Assembly (NCBI GenBank): GCA_964497945.1
Contig: CAZCFJ010000001.1
Coordinates: 1-63,153, forward strand
DNA from: an uncultured Gammaproteobacteria bacterium
GTDB taxonomy: Bacteria; Patescibacteriota; Microgenomatia; UBA12405
DNA: 63,153 nt
Direction of reading: 5' to 3'
Part shown: positions 37,727 through 46,887 of the stretch, piece after piece
How the letters are laid out: every line of letters begins with the position of its first letter
Numbering within the stretch: the stretch's first letter is position 1
The notes under the pieces: generated by a model
What the model was told of the DNA's origin: nothing
Database searches by the model: none
The model's input: the letters and a program-made list of their open reading frames with translations, nothing else
Translations under genes and position numbers: made by a program

Positions 37727-38908
37727 ATGGATAAAAAGGCTGCTATTTATGATCCGTATTTAGATACTCTCGGAGGTGGAGAAAGATATTGTCTCACAGT
37801 TGCCGAAGTTCTTCTAAAAAACGGTTTTCAGGTTGATATCTTTTGGTCGGGAGAAAAAGATTTAATTCAAAAAGCCGAAAAAAGATTTTCTTTAGACCTT
37901 CAAAATTTAAAAATCGTTCCCGATATTTTTGGTATTCAACCACAAAATCTCGATTTAATCGAAGAAAATGATCATCTTTCAAGATTTACTCGCCGAGTAG
38001 TCAATCAACCGGAAATTAAAATTAAAGTTGATCGTTTTTTTAAAAAGTTTAAAAATAGCCGTCAATACGACGTTATTTTTTATATGAGTGATGGTAGTAT
38101 TCCTACATTGTTTGGTAAAAAAAATTATCTTCATGTTCAAGTACCCTTTGCCTCTCAAACAAAACCTCTCGCTCAATTAAATCACCAAATCAAATCAAAA
38201 CTTTTATCCAAAGTTATTTGTAATTCCCAATTTACTGCCCGGTTTCAGGAAAAATCTCTCAAAGATAAAGTTTTAGTCGTCTATCCGCCGGTTGACGTTG
38301 ATAAATTTTATTCCGATTCACACAAAGAAAATATTATTCTCTCTGTTGGCCGTTTTGATAATATTCTTAATGCCAAAAAACAAGATGTTTTAATTGATGC
38401 TTTTAAGCTATTAATTAAACAATCTTCAAATCCCAATTGGAAACTGGTTTTAGCTGGCGGTAGCCTTAATGATCCATCTAAAAATAGTTACTTACAATAT
38501 TTACAGAAAAACGCTAAAGGTTTACCTATTGAGTTTATTGTCAACCCTCCGTTTAATATACTTCAACAGATATATTCAAAATCAAAAATTTATTGGCACG
38601 CTGCCGGTTTTGATGTCGACGAAAGTGAACATCCGGAAAATACCGAACATTTTGGTATCACCGTTGTCGAAGCTATGGCGTCCGGATTAGTTCCTGTCGT
38701 TATTTCTCAAGGCGGTATTCCTGAAATAGTTGATCACGGTGTTAATGGGTTTTTATGGAAAACTATCGATGAACTTGTCTCAAAAACTCAAAAATTAATT
38801 GATGACCCGGAAACTCTCAAAAGAATGTCCGAACAATCACTAATAAATTGCCAACAATTTTCCAAAAGTAACTTTGAAAAAAAATTAATGGGTATTATTA
38901 ATCAATAA
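37727..38908 (+). CDS. GT4 (GT-B fold) glycosyltransferase
   Basis: Ex7E region EHFGITVVEAMASGLVPVV; 393 aa. Confidence 0.85.
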   Translation: MDKKAAIYDPYLDTLGGGERYCLTVAEVLLKNGFQVDIFWSGEKDLIQKAEKRFSLDLQNLKIVPDIFGIQPQNLDLIEENDHLSRFTRRVVNQPEIKIKVDRFFKKFKNSRQYDVIFYMSDGSIPTLFGKKNYLHVQVPFASQTKPLAQLNHQIKSKLLSKVICNSQFTARFQEKSLKDKVLVVYPPVDVDKFYSDSHKENIILSVGRFDNILNAKKQDVLIDAFKLLIKQSSNPNWKLVLAGGSLNDPSKNSYLQYLQKNAKGLPIEFIVNPPFNILQQIYSKSKIYWHAAGFDVDESEHPENTEHFGITVVEAMASGLVPVVISQGGIPEIVDHGVNGFLWKTIDELVSKTQKLIDDPETLKRMSEQSLINCQQFSKSNFEKKLMGIINQ

Positions 38909-38909
38909 A

Positions 38910-39785
38910 ATGAAGATCTCAGTTGTTATAACCAATTGGAACGGACTTCCGATTCTTCAAAAAAATCTTGAGTCTATCATCAAAAATAGTCCTGAAGCTG
39001 AAGAATTAATTTTAGCCGACGATGCATCACAGGATAAAAGTATTTTATTTGCTCAAAAAATTCAAAAAAAATACCCTCAACTTAAAATAATTGCCCATAA
39101 AAATAACCTGGGTTTTGGTGCCAACTCTAACGATGCAGTCAACCAATCAAAAGGGGATTTGGTTGTCCTTCTAAACAATGATATTTATCCTCACCCAAAA
39201 TATATTACTAATGCTCTCAAACATTTTAATGATCCGAATGTTTTTGGCGTTGGTTTTGCTGAGCTTGGTCACGAAAATTGGGCCAAGTTTTTTTGGAAAA
39301 ACGGATATCTTCAACATGAACCGGGGACATCAAATAATAATCAAGTTCATATTTCTGGTTGGGTTTCCGGGGGTAGTTCTATAGTTCGTAAAAGTCTTTT
39401 TCAAAAACTTGGTGGTTTTGATTCTGTTTACCAACCATTTTATTGTGAAGATTTAGATCTCGGTTACCGGGCCTGGAAATCCGGGTATACTTTACTTTGG
39501 GAACCAAAAAGTATTGTTGAACATCATCATGAAACAACAATGTCAAAATTTTCCCCTAATTTCCTCAACTATGTCAAAGAGCGCAATCGTCTTTTAAATA
39601 CCTGGCGTAACATTACTGATCCTAATCTTTTAAACCAAAACAAATTGGCTTTAGTCGGTCGAGTTTTGAATGGCCCAAATTATATTAAAATCATCCGTGC
39701 TGCCAAAAAACAAATTAAAAAATCTTCCTTACCAATTGTTTTTCCAAAACTGACAGATATGGAAATATTGTCTTTATTTAAATAA
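38910..39785 (+). CDS. GT2 glycosyltransferase
   Basis: Contains ISVVITNWNG, ADDASQDKS, LLNNDI and CEDLDL. Confidence 0.8.
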   Translation: MKISVVITNWNGLPILQKNLESIIKNSPEAEELILADDASQDKSILFAQKIQKKYPQLKIIAHKNNLGFGANSNDAVNQSKGDLVVLLNNDIYPHPKYITNALKHFNDPNVFGVGFAELGHENWAKFFWKNGYLQHEPGTSNNNQVHISGWVSGGSSIVRKSLFQKLGGFDSVYQPFYCEDLDLGYRAWKSGYTLLWEPKSIVEHHHETTMSKFSPNFLNYVKERNRLLNTWRNITDPNLLNQNKLALVGRVLNGPNYIKIIRAAKKQIKKSSLPIVFPKLTDMEILSLFK

Positions 39786-40267
39786 TGAATCGTAAAAAAT
39801 TTATTTTTTTCTATTTACCTATTTGTTTATTTTTAGGGTTAAGTATTTTTTTTACTCTAAAAAATTTTTCCAAAAAAAACTTTTCTATTGAAAAGTTAAA
39901 AACTCTCACCGAGTCAATATCTAGTAAAAAAGATAAAACAGATAATCTATGTAAATATCAAATTCTTAGTGAGCCAAAAGTAGCCGATCAATACGTTAAA
40001 ATAAATTTTTGGTGTCAAGATCAAACTAAGGCTAGAAGTACCCTTTCTCTAAATGCTCTCCCAGACACCACTATTGAGGGTATTTTAAAAGAATATGCCA
40101 GAATCATTAATTTTGATTATGAATTAATTTCCCAAAAACAGTGGTACTGTTTAGTTAATGATCAGGAAATATTAAATAATAATCTGAAACAAAACATTAA
40201 ACCAGCCAGTACTATTGATTGCTTTGAAAATAAAAATTTATATCGATATGATCAGAAAGAGCTTTAA
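39785..40267 (+). CDS. Hypothetical N-terminally anchored protein (160 aa) with four Cys residues
   Basis: TM segment FIFFYLPICLFLGLSIFF, then about 130 aa with no recognisable family. TAATG overlap with the upstream gene. Confidence 0.5.
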   Translation: MNRKKFIFFYLPICLFLGLSIFFTLKNFSKKNFSIEKLKTLTESISSKKDKTDNLCKYQILSEPKVADQYVKINFWCQDQTKARSTLSLNALPDTTIEGILKEYARIINFDYELISQKQWYCLVNDQEILNNNLKQNIKPASTIDCFENKNLYRYDQKEL

Positions 40268-41648
40268 AATTCTCATTTTTTTATCAATAGTAATTTTTGC
40301 TTTTTATCTTCGAAAAAGGGATTATGCTCAAATTCCCATCCCCGGACAATCAGTCGATGAATATAGTTATTCCTGGGTTGGGTTATCTCTTATAAAAACC
40401 GGTATGCCAATCGGCATTTCTGGTATTCCTGGATATCAAAATCAACTTTCTCGTTATATTAATGTCGATCGACTTTATCAAACAGTTTCTAGTGATCCGC
40501 TTACCATTAACTATCCTTGGATGGATCATCCACCTCTGCTCGGTCTTATTACTGGTGGCTACGCTTCGTTGGCCGGAGCCAATGTTTTTGAAGACACTAC
40601 TGCCCTTCTAATCAGACGCCCTATAATTATAATTTCCACTATTTCCGTCGCCCTTTTGATGATTTTTTGTTGGTTAAACTTTAATTTTACTAGTTGTATT
40701 ATTTCGGGTGCTATTTATGCAACTACTCCACTAGTTGTTTTAAGCAGTCGTATGATTCAAGCCGAAAATGCCATCATTCCTTGTTTTCTTACCGTAATGA
40801 TTTGTTTAAGTTTATACATAAATAAAAAAAATGATTTATGGCTGATCCTAGCCGGGGTATTTTCCGGCATCGCCACGTTATTTAAACTAACAGGTATTGC
40901 TTGCTATCTCTTTGTTTTTCTTTCCCTCCTTTACCAAAATGGAAAATTTAACCGACAATTCTTCAAAGATCTTAGATTTTTTCTTTTAATTAGTTTACCT
41001 ATTAGCTCTATGTTTATTTTTTATGGTTTGGCCTATGGATCAAAAAACTTCTTTACTATTTTATTTTCTAACGCCAATAGATTTTATGGTATCGGTCCCA
41101 ATGCTATCATCGATTTGATTCGAAATCAAAGATTAACCCAACACAAATTTTTACCAGAAATATGGCTTATTGTTGGATGGTTTACTTTTATGATTTCTTC
41201 TTTTAAAGAAAAGAAAAACTTATCATCTATTCTAATTTATATTTCTCTAATCTCTTACCTAATCATTTACATTTTCTTTGGTAGTCAACCATATGGTTGG
41301 TATACTTTTCCATTTTGGCCGCTGCTAATCCTCAGTCTCACTGATTTCCTTTTTAATTCGCTCCAAAACAACCAAAATACCTTAATTACTTTTTTTATTG
41401 CAATAGTTTTACTCGGAAGCAATATCAGTCGAGTTGTTGGAATTTTTGATTTTCAATCTATATCAAATTTTTGGCGATTTACTATCTCTGGTATTTTTTT
41501 TATTTTAATAATCAAATTTATTTTAAAAAAACCAAGCAACTACTTCTTCAAAATCTTAATCATAGTCATATTACTAATATCAATCTATTTTAACGTCCGC
41601 TATTTAAATCTAATTAATATCGATTTTTGGTGGCAAAACATTTCTTAA
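40248..41648 (+). CDS. Polytopic GT-C glycosyltransferase-like protein (DE first-loop motif)
   Basis: Contains GQSVDEYSYSWVG, then MDHPPLLGLITG, and many TM segments. Confidence 0.6.
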   Translation: MIRKSFKILIFLSIVIFAFYLRKRDYAQIPIPGQSVDEYSYSWVGLSLIKTGMPIGISGIPGYQNQLSRYINVDRLYQTVSSDPLTINYPWMDHPPLLGLITGGYASLAGANVFEDTTALLIRRPIIIISTISVALLMIFCWLNFNFTSCIISGAIYATTPLVVLSSRMIQAENAIIPCFLTVMICLSLYINKKNDLWLILAGVFSGIATLFKLTGIACYLFVFLSLLYQNGKFNRQFFKDLRFFLLISLPISSMFIFYGLAYGSKNFFTILFSNANRFYGIGPNAIIDLIRNQRLTQHKFLPEIWLIVGWFTFMISSFKEKKNLSSILIYISLISYLIIYIFFGSQPYGWYTFPFWPLLILSLTDFLFNSLQNNQNTLITFFIAIVLLGSNISRVVGIFDFQSISNFWRFTISGIFFILIIKFILKKPSNYFFKILIIVILLISIYFNVRYLNLINIDFWWQNIS

Positions 41649-41673
41649 ATACAACACCGTTATATTGCACTTT

Positions 41674-42993
41674 ATGAAAAAGTTTTTTTTATTTTCTTTT
41701 TTTATAATCTTTTCTTTAATACTACGGATATTTATTTCTATCAATATTAAACCCCAAGGAGATGTTCTTATTCACCAAGAATGGGCTGAAGTCTTATACC
41801 ACAAAGGTTTATCAGGATCATATTTTTCTCAAGGTTGGACTTACACACCCCCAACTCAACCCCCTTTAATGATGATGTCGTATTTTATTTCTCATCTTAT
41901 CTACGAAAATCGTAATATTTTCTCTTTACTTCATAACTACACCAAAATTCCACCTGCTTCTATTTTAATTGGCTTTCAAAAATATGGTGAAATTCTTACT
42001 CTTAGGATCTGGGAATTTATTGCCTGCATTATTTCTGGTTTAATTATTTACTTTCATTTTTCCAAAAAAACTTCATTTAAAAAATCATTCATAATTTTTT
42101 TGTTAATAATTTTTAACCCTATTACGATTTTCATCAATTCAGTTTGGGGTCAAAATGATTTATTGCCAACTTGTTTCCTTTATTTATCATTCCTTCTACT
42201 TTTCTCTCCATTTAACATTTTAAGTCCAATAATTTTTTCTATTGGTATTTTATTTAAACCAACAATTGCCATTATTTCTCCTTTATTTATATGTATTTTT
42301 TTATACATATTACATAAAAACAATTTAAAAAATAAAATAACCAAACTAATCTTAGTTGTTATTTCAATAATTACTCTAGTTTATATTTCTTTTAAGCCCT
42401 TTATTCCATTAAAAATGGAACCAACTAATTATATTTTCAATGTTGTTGCTAACCGAATTAGTACTTCATCAAAAGGTCTTAAAATAGCCTCAGTTTCTGC
42501 TTTTAATTTGTATTCGCTTATTTTTAACATTGATCAGACATATGCCACTAATGACAATTTTATGATTCAACTATGTGATGTCGGAACCATTTTTTATATT
42601 ATTCTCAATATTTATTTTATTTTTAAATTAATTCGATCAAAAAAAGTTACCTTTAATCATACCTTATTTTCCATTTATTTTATTTCTCAAGGATCATTTT
42701 TGTTTACAACTAACATGTTAGAAAGATATTTTATTCCTGCATTTTTATCCGCTGTTGTTATAACCGTAATTTATTGGAAAAGATTTGGTTGGCTTATGGT
42801 CCTTCAACAAATAATCTGGTTTATAAATCTTATTTATGCCTACTACTATCGAGTCAACGAATCAATCAATCACCTTTTTCGGGATAATTATTTCCTTTTA
42901 ATTAGATTATTTTCTCTTGCTAATATTTTTATATTTATACGTCTCTTTCAGAGATATAAAAAATATTTTTCCATAAATAAAAAGATTGATTAA
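41674..42993 (+). CDS. Polytopic membrane protein, second GT-C-like family (WGQxD / xERY motifs)
   Basis: Contains VWGQNDLLP and NMLERYFIPAF. The N-terminus is similar to 42907c and 46863. Confidence 0.55.
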   Translation: MKKFFLFSFFIIFSLILRIFISINIKPQGDVLIHQEWAEVLYHKGLSGSYFSQGWTYTPPTQPPLMMMSYFISHLIYENRNIFSLLHNYTKIPPASILIGFQKYGEILTLRIWEFIACIISGLIIYFHFSKKTSFKKSFIIFLLIIFNPITIFINSVWGQNDLLPTCFLYLSFLLLFSPFNILSPIIFSIGILFKPTIAIISPLFICIFLYILHKNNLKNKITKLILVVISIITLVYISFKPFIPLKMEPTNYIFNVVANRISTSSKGLKIASVSAFNLYSLIFNIDQTYATNDNFMIQLCDVGTIFYIILNIYFIFKLIRSKKVTFNHTLFSIYFISQGSFLFTTNMLERYFIPAFLSAVVITVIYWKRFGWLMVLQQIIWFINLIYAYYYRVNESINHLFRDNYFLLIRLFSLANIFIFIRLFQRYKKYFSINKKID

Positions 42994-44259
42994 AGATAAG
43001 AGTTTTGGAATTATTTGATTTGACCAACCAAAGATATTTTTTATTCCATCAAGCTGCTGAGGAACAGAAAAAACATAAAACATACTTAAGAAGTAAATTA
43101 TCGACAATATGACAAAATATTTCCAATAATCTCTCTTGTAAATTGAATAAAATAATAATGCAACCATTCCAAAAAAAGCATATCTTTCGTGCATTCCAGT
43201 CATAAAAAGCCAACCGCCAAAACCGGTTGTAAAAATCGACAAAAATACCGTCTCTAGCTTTTTGTATTTTACTAATCTAAAGGATAGTAAAGAAATTATC
43301 CCCAGTAAAATCCAACCCCATGTTTTTGCTGTCAAAAACAAATATCTTGTCGTTTCAAACCCAACCTTACTTGGAAAAGGAAAAAACAAATACCAAAAAT
43401 TAAACGAGTTTTGATTAATCAATCCTTCACTAGTATTTAACCTTTTTGCCAACAAAAAGAATAAATCCGTAATTTTTCCAGCATTAAACCAAGTCATCGT
43501 CCAAAGGCTAAAAATTCCAGCCAACAAACCACCTAACAACAAATTTCTCCATGGTTGTTTTTGTTTAAACCAGATAAATAAAAACAACGGAAATAAAATT
43601 ATACAATCAGGCTTTAAATTAATTGCCGTTGCATAAAATAACGGAGACCAAATAGAACGCTTAGTTGTTAAAAAAATAAAAGATAATATCAAAAATAAAA
43701 ATGATAGTTGATCAGATTGACCCCAAATAGCCGACAAATACCAAGAGAATGGCAACAATAAATATGCCAAAACAAACTTCTTCCAATCAACTTTTTTAAT
43801 TTTACAAACCTTATAAATTATCCCAGCAATCAAAAAATCAGCTAAAACCATAATTTGCTTGATCACTATAATCACTCCTACTAAATATTCAGTATTTTCA
43901 TACCTTGCCGTACCAAACCATTTAATAAAATTAAAAAACCAAATAAACTTAGTTGGTGCTAAACGATGCAAAGCTATAAAGTTTCCCCAGCTAGACATTA
44001 ACCACATCAACAAACTATGTATCTTATAAGCCTCAAAATAAATCCAACTAATTAATGGTGGATGGTTTGGCCAAATACATCCCCACTTATTCCAGTTATA
44101 CAAACCTTTTGTTCCTCCGTTAACATACATCCATTTTCCCCATTCAACTTGAATCCTGAGATCGCTATGAGCTGGTAAAAAAGACAATCCAAATCTCAAT
44201 AAAAACAGGAATAAAACCACAACAATCTTTTTTTTATTTTTTTTAAACCACCAATTCAT
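42907..44259 (-). CDS. Polytopic membrane protein, second GT-C-like family; the only minus-strand gene inside the cluster
   Basis: Contains IWGQSDQLSF, GMHERYAFFG and NHPPLISWIYF. Its 3' end overlaps the 3' end of the convergent 41674 gene by 87 nt. Confidence 0.55.
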   Translation of the reverse strand: MNWWFKKNKKKIVVVLFLFLLRFGLSFLPAHSDLRIQVEWGKWMYVNGGTKGLYNWNKWGCIWPNHPPLISWIYFEAYKIHSLLMWLMSSWGNFIALHRLAPTKFIWFFNFIKWFGTARYENTEYLVGVIIVIKQIMVLADFLIAGIIYKVCKIKKVDWKKFVLAYLLLPFSWYLSAIWGQSDQLSFLFLILSFIFLTTKRSIWSPLFYATAINLKPDCIILFPLFLFIWFKQKQPWRNLLLGGLLAGIFSLWTMTWFNAGKITDLFFLLAKRLNTSEGLINQNSFNFWYLFFPFPSKVGFETTRYLFLTAKTWGWILLGIISLLSFRLVKYKKLETVFLSIFTTGFGGWLFMTGMHERYAFFGMVALLFYSIYKRDYWKYFVILSIIYFLSMFYVFSVPQQLDGIKNIFGWSNQIIPKLLSLINLFIYGKIFFISLKETYKYKNISKRK

Positions 44260-44265
44260 AACTTC

Positions 44266-44274
44266 ATTATAACA
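44266..44274 (-). promoter_or_regulatory. Candidate extended -10 promoter (TGtTATAAT on the minus strand) 6 nt upstream of the ATG at 44259
   Basis: The minus strand reads ggtTGtTATAATgaagttATG. Confidence 0.4.
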
Positions 44275-44347
44275 ACCTTACTTCTTTAAAAAACGGCTAT
44301 TTTTTAGTGTAAAATGAAACCATATAACCAACCCTAACTAAGTTTAA

Positions 44348-46093
44348 ATGAAAAGCAAAAGTAAAATAATCTTATTCATTATAATCCTTGCCGCCGCAAT
44401 TCTTAGATTTTATCAATTAGATTCAATACCTTATCCCCTTAATGGTGATGAAAAAGCTTTTGGTTACTATGCATGGTCAATTTCTCATTTCGGTACAGAT
44501 GAATATAATAATCGATTTCCTTTGTATTTTCCTTCAATCGGGGACTATAAATACCCTGTATATGCTTATACTTCCGCCATTTTTTCCTTAATTTTAGGAC
44601 TAAATCCAATTCTTCCCAGACTCGTTTCCTCACTTGCATCTATTTTAATGATTCTCATAATTTATAATTTTTCTAAAATTCTTTTTAAATCAGAAAAAAT
44701 AGCCATAGTTTCGGCAACCTTACTGGCAATTTCCCCTTGGAATCTAACTTTCAGCCGTACCGCCTCCGAATCAAATTTAATGACATTCCTCTCTTTTTTT
44801 GGATTTTTCTTACTCTATAAATACTTTTTTGTTAGCTCCAAAAATAAACATCTATTTTTTTCTATTATTCTCCTCACACTTTCATTGTTTACCTATTCTG
44901 CAAGTAGAGTATTTATACCATCAATGTTATTTTGTATTTTTATTTCAACCATTTTTTTTGCTAAAAAAAATACTATTAAAAAATCATTTTTAATCTTTTT
45001 ACTAATTAGCCTTATCGCTATTGTTTCTTCCATCAACCCAGCTAGCCGAGCCAGAGCCAATGGTCTTTCAATTCTATCTCAACCAACCAATCGACAAAAT
45101 TGGATTTCTGAATCAACCTATACATTAGGTTTAGGCCAACCAACAAATCCCATTATTACCCGACTTTTTTTTAATAAAGCTACTGGTCTTTTAAAAGAAT
45201 TTTCCCAACGCTATTTTTCACATTTTTCCCCCGATTACCTTTTTATTAGTGGTGATGTGGTTAAACTTAACGCTACTCATAATTTTGGTAATTTTTATAT
45301 TTTTGAGATTATTTTCTTTGCCATTGGAATTGCTTTATTAATTAATAGAGCATTCAAGAAAGATTTGCCTTCATTTTTAATCCTTTTTGGAATATTTATT
45401 AGCCCAATTGCTGCTTCAGTCACTGTTGAAACCCCATCGGCCGTTCGACAGCTTGTTGGTCTACCTTATTTTTTAATAGCCATTTCTCTTGGTATAGTTT
45501 TTTTAACTCAAAAAATAAAATGGTTGACAATTCCTATTTTCATCGTCTATTTTTACTTTTTTATTTTTCTTATTTTATCTATTTTTAAAATTAAACCTTA
45601 TCAACAACCATGGACTAGTGATCAAGGTAATGAACAATTAACAAATAAGACCTGGCAAATAAAAGACCAATATAAATATGTCTTTATACCAAATGATCCA
45701 TATATCGATTTTTTGTTTTACAAACAGATTCCACCACAAAAATTTTTATCTGAAGCAAAAATAGACCCAGAAGTAATTGGCAAATGGAGTCGTGTTTTAC
45801 AATATAAAAATATTATATTTAACTCAGATAAAAATTGCCCAAAAATAGGTCAAAAAAATGCTTTATACATTTGTATTGGTGAAGAAATTTCACCTTTTGC
45901 CAAAATAGTTGATATTATCAACTATAAAGACGGTAACCCTCACTATTTACTCATCGACTTTCCTGGGGGTGACCAATCAAGTCAAAATTTATCTGGAAAA
46001 ATTAAATACATAAAACCTCAAGATATGGATAGTAGATGGCCAAAAGGTATTTTTACTAATCCAAATCAGTACTATTTAAACTTAACTCTATGA
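44348..46093 (+). CDS. PMT/ArnT-like GT-C glycosyltransferase, paralog A of a six-member family
   Basis: Contains NGDEKAFGYYAWS, FPSIGDYKYPVYAY, ISPWNLTFSRTASESN and HFSPDYLFISGD, plus the C-terminal NDPYIDFLFYKQIPPQ. Confidence 0.75.
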   Translation: MKSKSKIILFIIILAAAILRFYQLDSIPYPLNGDEKAFGYYAWSISHFGTDEYNNRFPLYFPSIGDYKYPVYAYTSAIFSLILGLNPILPRLVSSLASILMILIIYNFSKILFKSEKIAIVSATLLAISPWNLTFSRTASESNLMTFLSFFGFFLLYKYFFVSSKNKHLFFSIILLTLSLFTYSASRVFIPSMLFCIFISTIFFAKKNTIKKSFLIFLLISLIAIVSSINPASRARANGLSILSQPTNRQNWISESTYTLGLGQPTNPIITRLFFNKATGLLKEFSQRYFSHFSPDYLFISGDVVKLNATHNFGNFYIFEIIFFAIGIALLINRAFKKDLPSFLILFGIFISPIAASVTVETPSAVRQLVGLPYFLIAISLGIVFLTQKIKWLTIPIFIVYFYFFIFLILSIFKIKPYQQPWTSDQGNEQLTNKTWQIKDQYKYVFIPNDPYIDFLFYKQIPPQKFLSEAKIDPEVIGKWSRVLQYKNIIFNSDKNCPKIGQKNALYICIGEEISPFAKIVDIINYKDGNPHYLLIDFPGGDQSSQNLSGKIKYIKPQDMDSRWPKGIFTNPNQYYLNLTL

Positions 46094-46887
46094 CATTTTC
46101 TATCATTATAGTTACCTGGAACACTGCCGAAATTACTAAAAAATGTGTTGAGACTATTAATAAGTATCTTCCTAATTCGGCCATTATCGTTGTTGATAAT
46201 GGTTCCAAAGATAATACCGTTGAATTACTTAGACCATTTAAAAATGTAAAGATTGTAGAAAATCACGCTAATCTAGGTTTTGCCAAAGCCAATAATATTG
46301 GTCTTAAATACACCAACACTGATTATATTGTTTTTATGAACTCTGATATCGAATTACTTGATTCTAGTCTTCTTAAGATGATTAACTATCTTCAACAAAA
46401 TCCTAAAATTGGAATTATTGGCCCCAAATTTCTCAATCCTGATTTAACCCCACAAGCCTCCGTTTTTCCTCCACAAACACCTCTTAATGCTTTTAAAGAA
46501 TTTTGGTTAAATCAAAAAGAGGCATATTCTAAATACATTCCAAAAGGGGATAATCCTAGTAAAGTTAGTTATATTTCTGGTGGCTTTATTGTTGTTAAAA
46601 AAGATTTTTTCCTCAAAATTGGTCAATGGAACGAAAAATATTTTTTCTATTTTGAAGATATGGATCTTTGTCGTCAAATAAAACAGTTTGGTAAAGATAT
46701 TGTTTTTTATCCAAAATGCCAAGTAATCCATCGTCATGGTGCTAGTGGAAAAAATTTAGCTCCAAATCAAGACCAATGGCGTCGACTCATCCCTAGTAGT
46801 ATTAAATTTCATGGATATTTCAAACACTATTTAATTAATTTTATAATTTGGTCTGGACAAAAATGGCAAAAAATAATCAAAAGATAA
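46090..46887 (+). CDS. GT2 glycosyltransferase
   Basis: Contains FSIIIVTWNT, VDNGSKDNT, MNSDI and FEDMDL. ATGA overlap with the upstream gene. Confidence 0.8.
   Translation: MTFSIIIVTWNTAEITKKCVETINKYLPNSAIIVVDNGSKDNTVELLRPFKNVKIVENHANLGFAKANNIGLKYTNTDYIVFMNSDIELLDSSLLKMINYLQQNPKIGIIGPKFLNPDLTPQASVFPPQTPLNAFKEFWLNQKEAYSKYIPKGDNPSKVSYISGGFIVVKKDFFLKIGQWNEKYFFYFEDMDLCRQIKQFGKDIVFYPKCQVIHRHGASGKNLAPNQDQWRRLIPSSIKFHGYFKHYLINFIIWSGQKWQKIIKR

Noticed and set aside
44952-44970. T8 and A8 homopolymer runs inside GT-C paralog A as phase-variation switches
   Set aside because: Runs of 7-9 A or T occur throughout this AT-rich sequence, in housekeeping genes as well. They are not concentrated at the 5' ends of the surface or glycosylation genes, so a contingency-locus interpretation is unsupported.
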